Shown here: piece by piece, positions 62,351-64,000 of the stretch
Numbering within the stretch: the stretch's first letter is position 1
Layout of the letters: each line of letters begins with the position of its first letter
The notes under the pieces: model-generated
Databases searched by the model: none
Seen by the model: the letters and a program-made list of their open reading frames with translations, nothing else
Told to the model about the DNA's origin: nothing
NCBI GenBank assembly: GCA_036785375.1
Contig: JAWMAR010000012.1
Coordinates: 930,001 to 994,000 of the forward strand
Direction of reading: 5' to 3'
From: Leucoraja ocellata
Taxonomy: Eukaryota
DNA: 64,000 nt
Made by a program: the position numbers and the translations under genes

Positions 62351-62866
62351 GATGAACAGGAAGGTAAAAGACGGCTGCACAGTGTACAGCAAGTCCTTTC
62401 GAGAGCGCGGGGGGGGAAGAGAGAGGGGAGAGAAGGGGAGAGAAGGGGAGAGAAGGGGAGAGAAGGGGAGAGAAGGGGGGGGGGAAGGGGGGGGATTTTA
62501 GCAGGCATTTAACTTAAAATGTCCTGAAAACTCCAATGAGCCAATTAAAATGCCTGGTCAGCGAAGGAGATTGCCTACGGCTGTCCAAGACGGCCAATAA
62601 CTACATAGCAACCCCACTCCACTGCACTAAGTTCAAAAGACCCAAGCCGACCAATTTTTACTCACGGAAAATATTTCAGCATGCTGAAAATTTTTCCTCG
62701 ACCAAACTGAGGCCCCGAGTATGCGGGAACTTCCTTCGAGCATGAAGGAGAGTTCCAGTGACTTCACGGGACCTCCTGGGACCACGTGTCGACCATGCTA
62801 AGAGTTTGAGTCGAGGGAAAACTCTTCTAAACTCACAGATTAAGTCGCCGCAATGGGACAGCCCCC
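62165..62866. mobile_element. Harbinger MITE containing (CA)n/(CGCA)n and (GAGAAGGGGA)n repeats
   Basis: gccctgtcccattg / caatgggacagccccc-taa. The left end has local gtcccattgacg reiterations. Confidence 0.8.
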
Positions 62867-63009
62867 TAACTTTCCAATTAGATGTCCGACAATGTTTAAG
62901 TTGAGCACTGTGTTATTCTCACACACTGGCCTTGAGGATGTTCTCCTCAGGATGGACAAAATTCTGAGAAGACTTGTTTGAAATTTTCAAAATTCTACCT
63001 AATGCCTTC

Positions 63010-63982
63010 CTGCATCATAATAACAATACCCAACACAAGCTAGAGGAACAGCATCCCATATTCCATCTGAGCTGGTAGCAGTCTGCTGAACTCAATATCA
63101 AATCCCACAACTTCAAACAACTCACTTACTGGGGACCCCGCGCCGCTGTGAAGGTAGTGGGATCCGCGTGAGGGGGGCTGCCGAGAGAAATCCAGTGGGG
63201 GGGTCACCAAGAATGAAGATGGGGATCCGGCTGGGGTCTGCTGAGAAGGAAGAGGGACCTGACAGGGGGTTGCAAAGATCGAACAAGGGACCCGTCAGGG
63301 CACTGCCAAGAATGAGGTGCGGACCCGGCAGGGTCTAGCTCGCTGATGCGAGCAGAATATAAGACTGTTTGATGAACGTTTTGTAATTTTGTCAGCACCA
63401 GAAACATGGTGACTATTTATGTACTGCCTAAGTGAGGTCTGCTGTGTGATTTTACCTATTTGCATGGGAACACAAAAAATGTCACTGTACCTCGGGTACA
63501 TGTGACAATAATATAATTGAACCATTGAATTGCTGGAATTTATTTAGTTTGCTGTTGACAGCTTTCTCTTTCAGCATATCTAACCTATTGTGCATGTCCC
63601 ACAACCTTACATTACACAACATTTGCATTATTTTGTTTGTGTTCTCACCATGTAAATACCCTCTGGCCATAACTTTTATTTGTTATCTCCTTCTCTAACT
63701 GCACCCATTAAATCATCCACTGGATGACGACAACAGTTTATCGCCACACCGCCTCCTATCTCACCATATCAGAGAAATTTCCTTTGTCCTATCATCACTC
63801 CTCCACCCTCGTTTCAACTTAAAATGAATTCATAATCTCTCTTCTTCTGAAGAAGAAGGGTCTCGACCCGAAATGTCACCCATTCCTTCTATCCAGAGAT
63901 GCTGCCTGTCCCGCTGAGTTACTTCAGCTTTTTGTGTCTATCTTCGGTGCAAACCAGCATCTGCAGTTCCTTCCTGCACATA
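63010..63982 (+). mobile_element. PLE fragments with an intervening GC-rich retroposon (about 63130-63520) and a terminal PLE end with hammerhead motif
   Basis: QHKLEEQHPIFHLS at 63030-63075. ctgaagaagaagggtctcgacccgaaatgtc at 63847-63877. Confidence 0.75.
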
Positions 63983-64000
63983 AAAATCTAGTGTCTTGGG

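Overview
This is eukaryotic DNA, not prokaryotic. It is repeat-dense intronic or intergenic sequence, almost certainly from an elasmobranch (skate/ray-like), judged from HE1-type V-SINEs, HER1/CR1 LINEs and batoid-type Penelope ends. It has two N-gaps and no intact host gene; the longer ORFs are transposon remnants, antisense shadows of LINE ORF2, or low-complexity artefacts. Recognisable content: CR1 and Rex1/Babar LINE pieces, V-SINEs, a DeuSINE, solo LTRs, and a non-autonomous Helitron with an internal minisatellite. There are also Harbinger elements, one retaining both transposase and Myb/MADF remnants, and many Penelope-like element (PLE) ends carrying a minimal hammerhead-ribozyme motif (CTGANGA-stem-GAAA-CG-TC). 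The most striking pattern is about ten short palindromic insertions made of two back-to-back PLE ends. Several have their apex at the 5' edge of the hammerhead core, and two have clear 11-16 bp TSDs. A few well-formed minus-strand micro-exon candidates suggest the window is one very long intron of an unidentified gene. Family names come from recalled consensus features, not database searches. Boundaries of degraded repeats are approximate.
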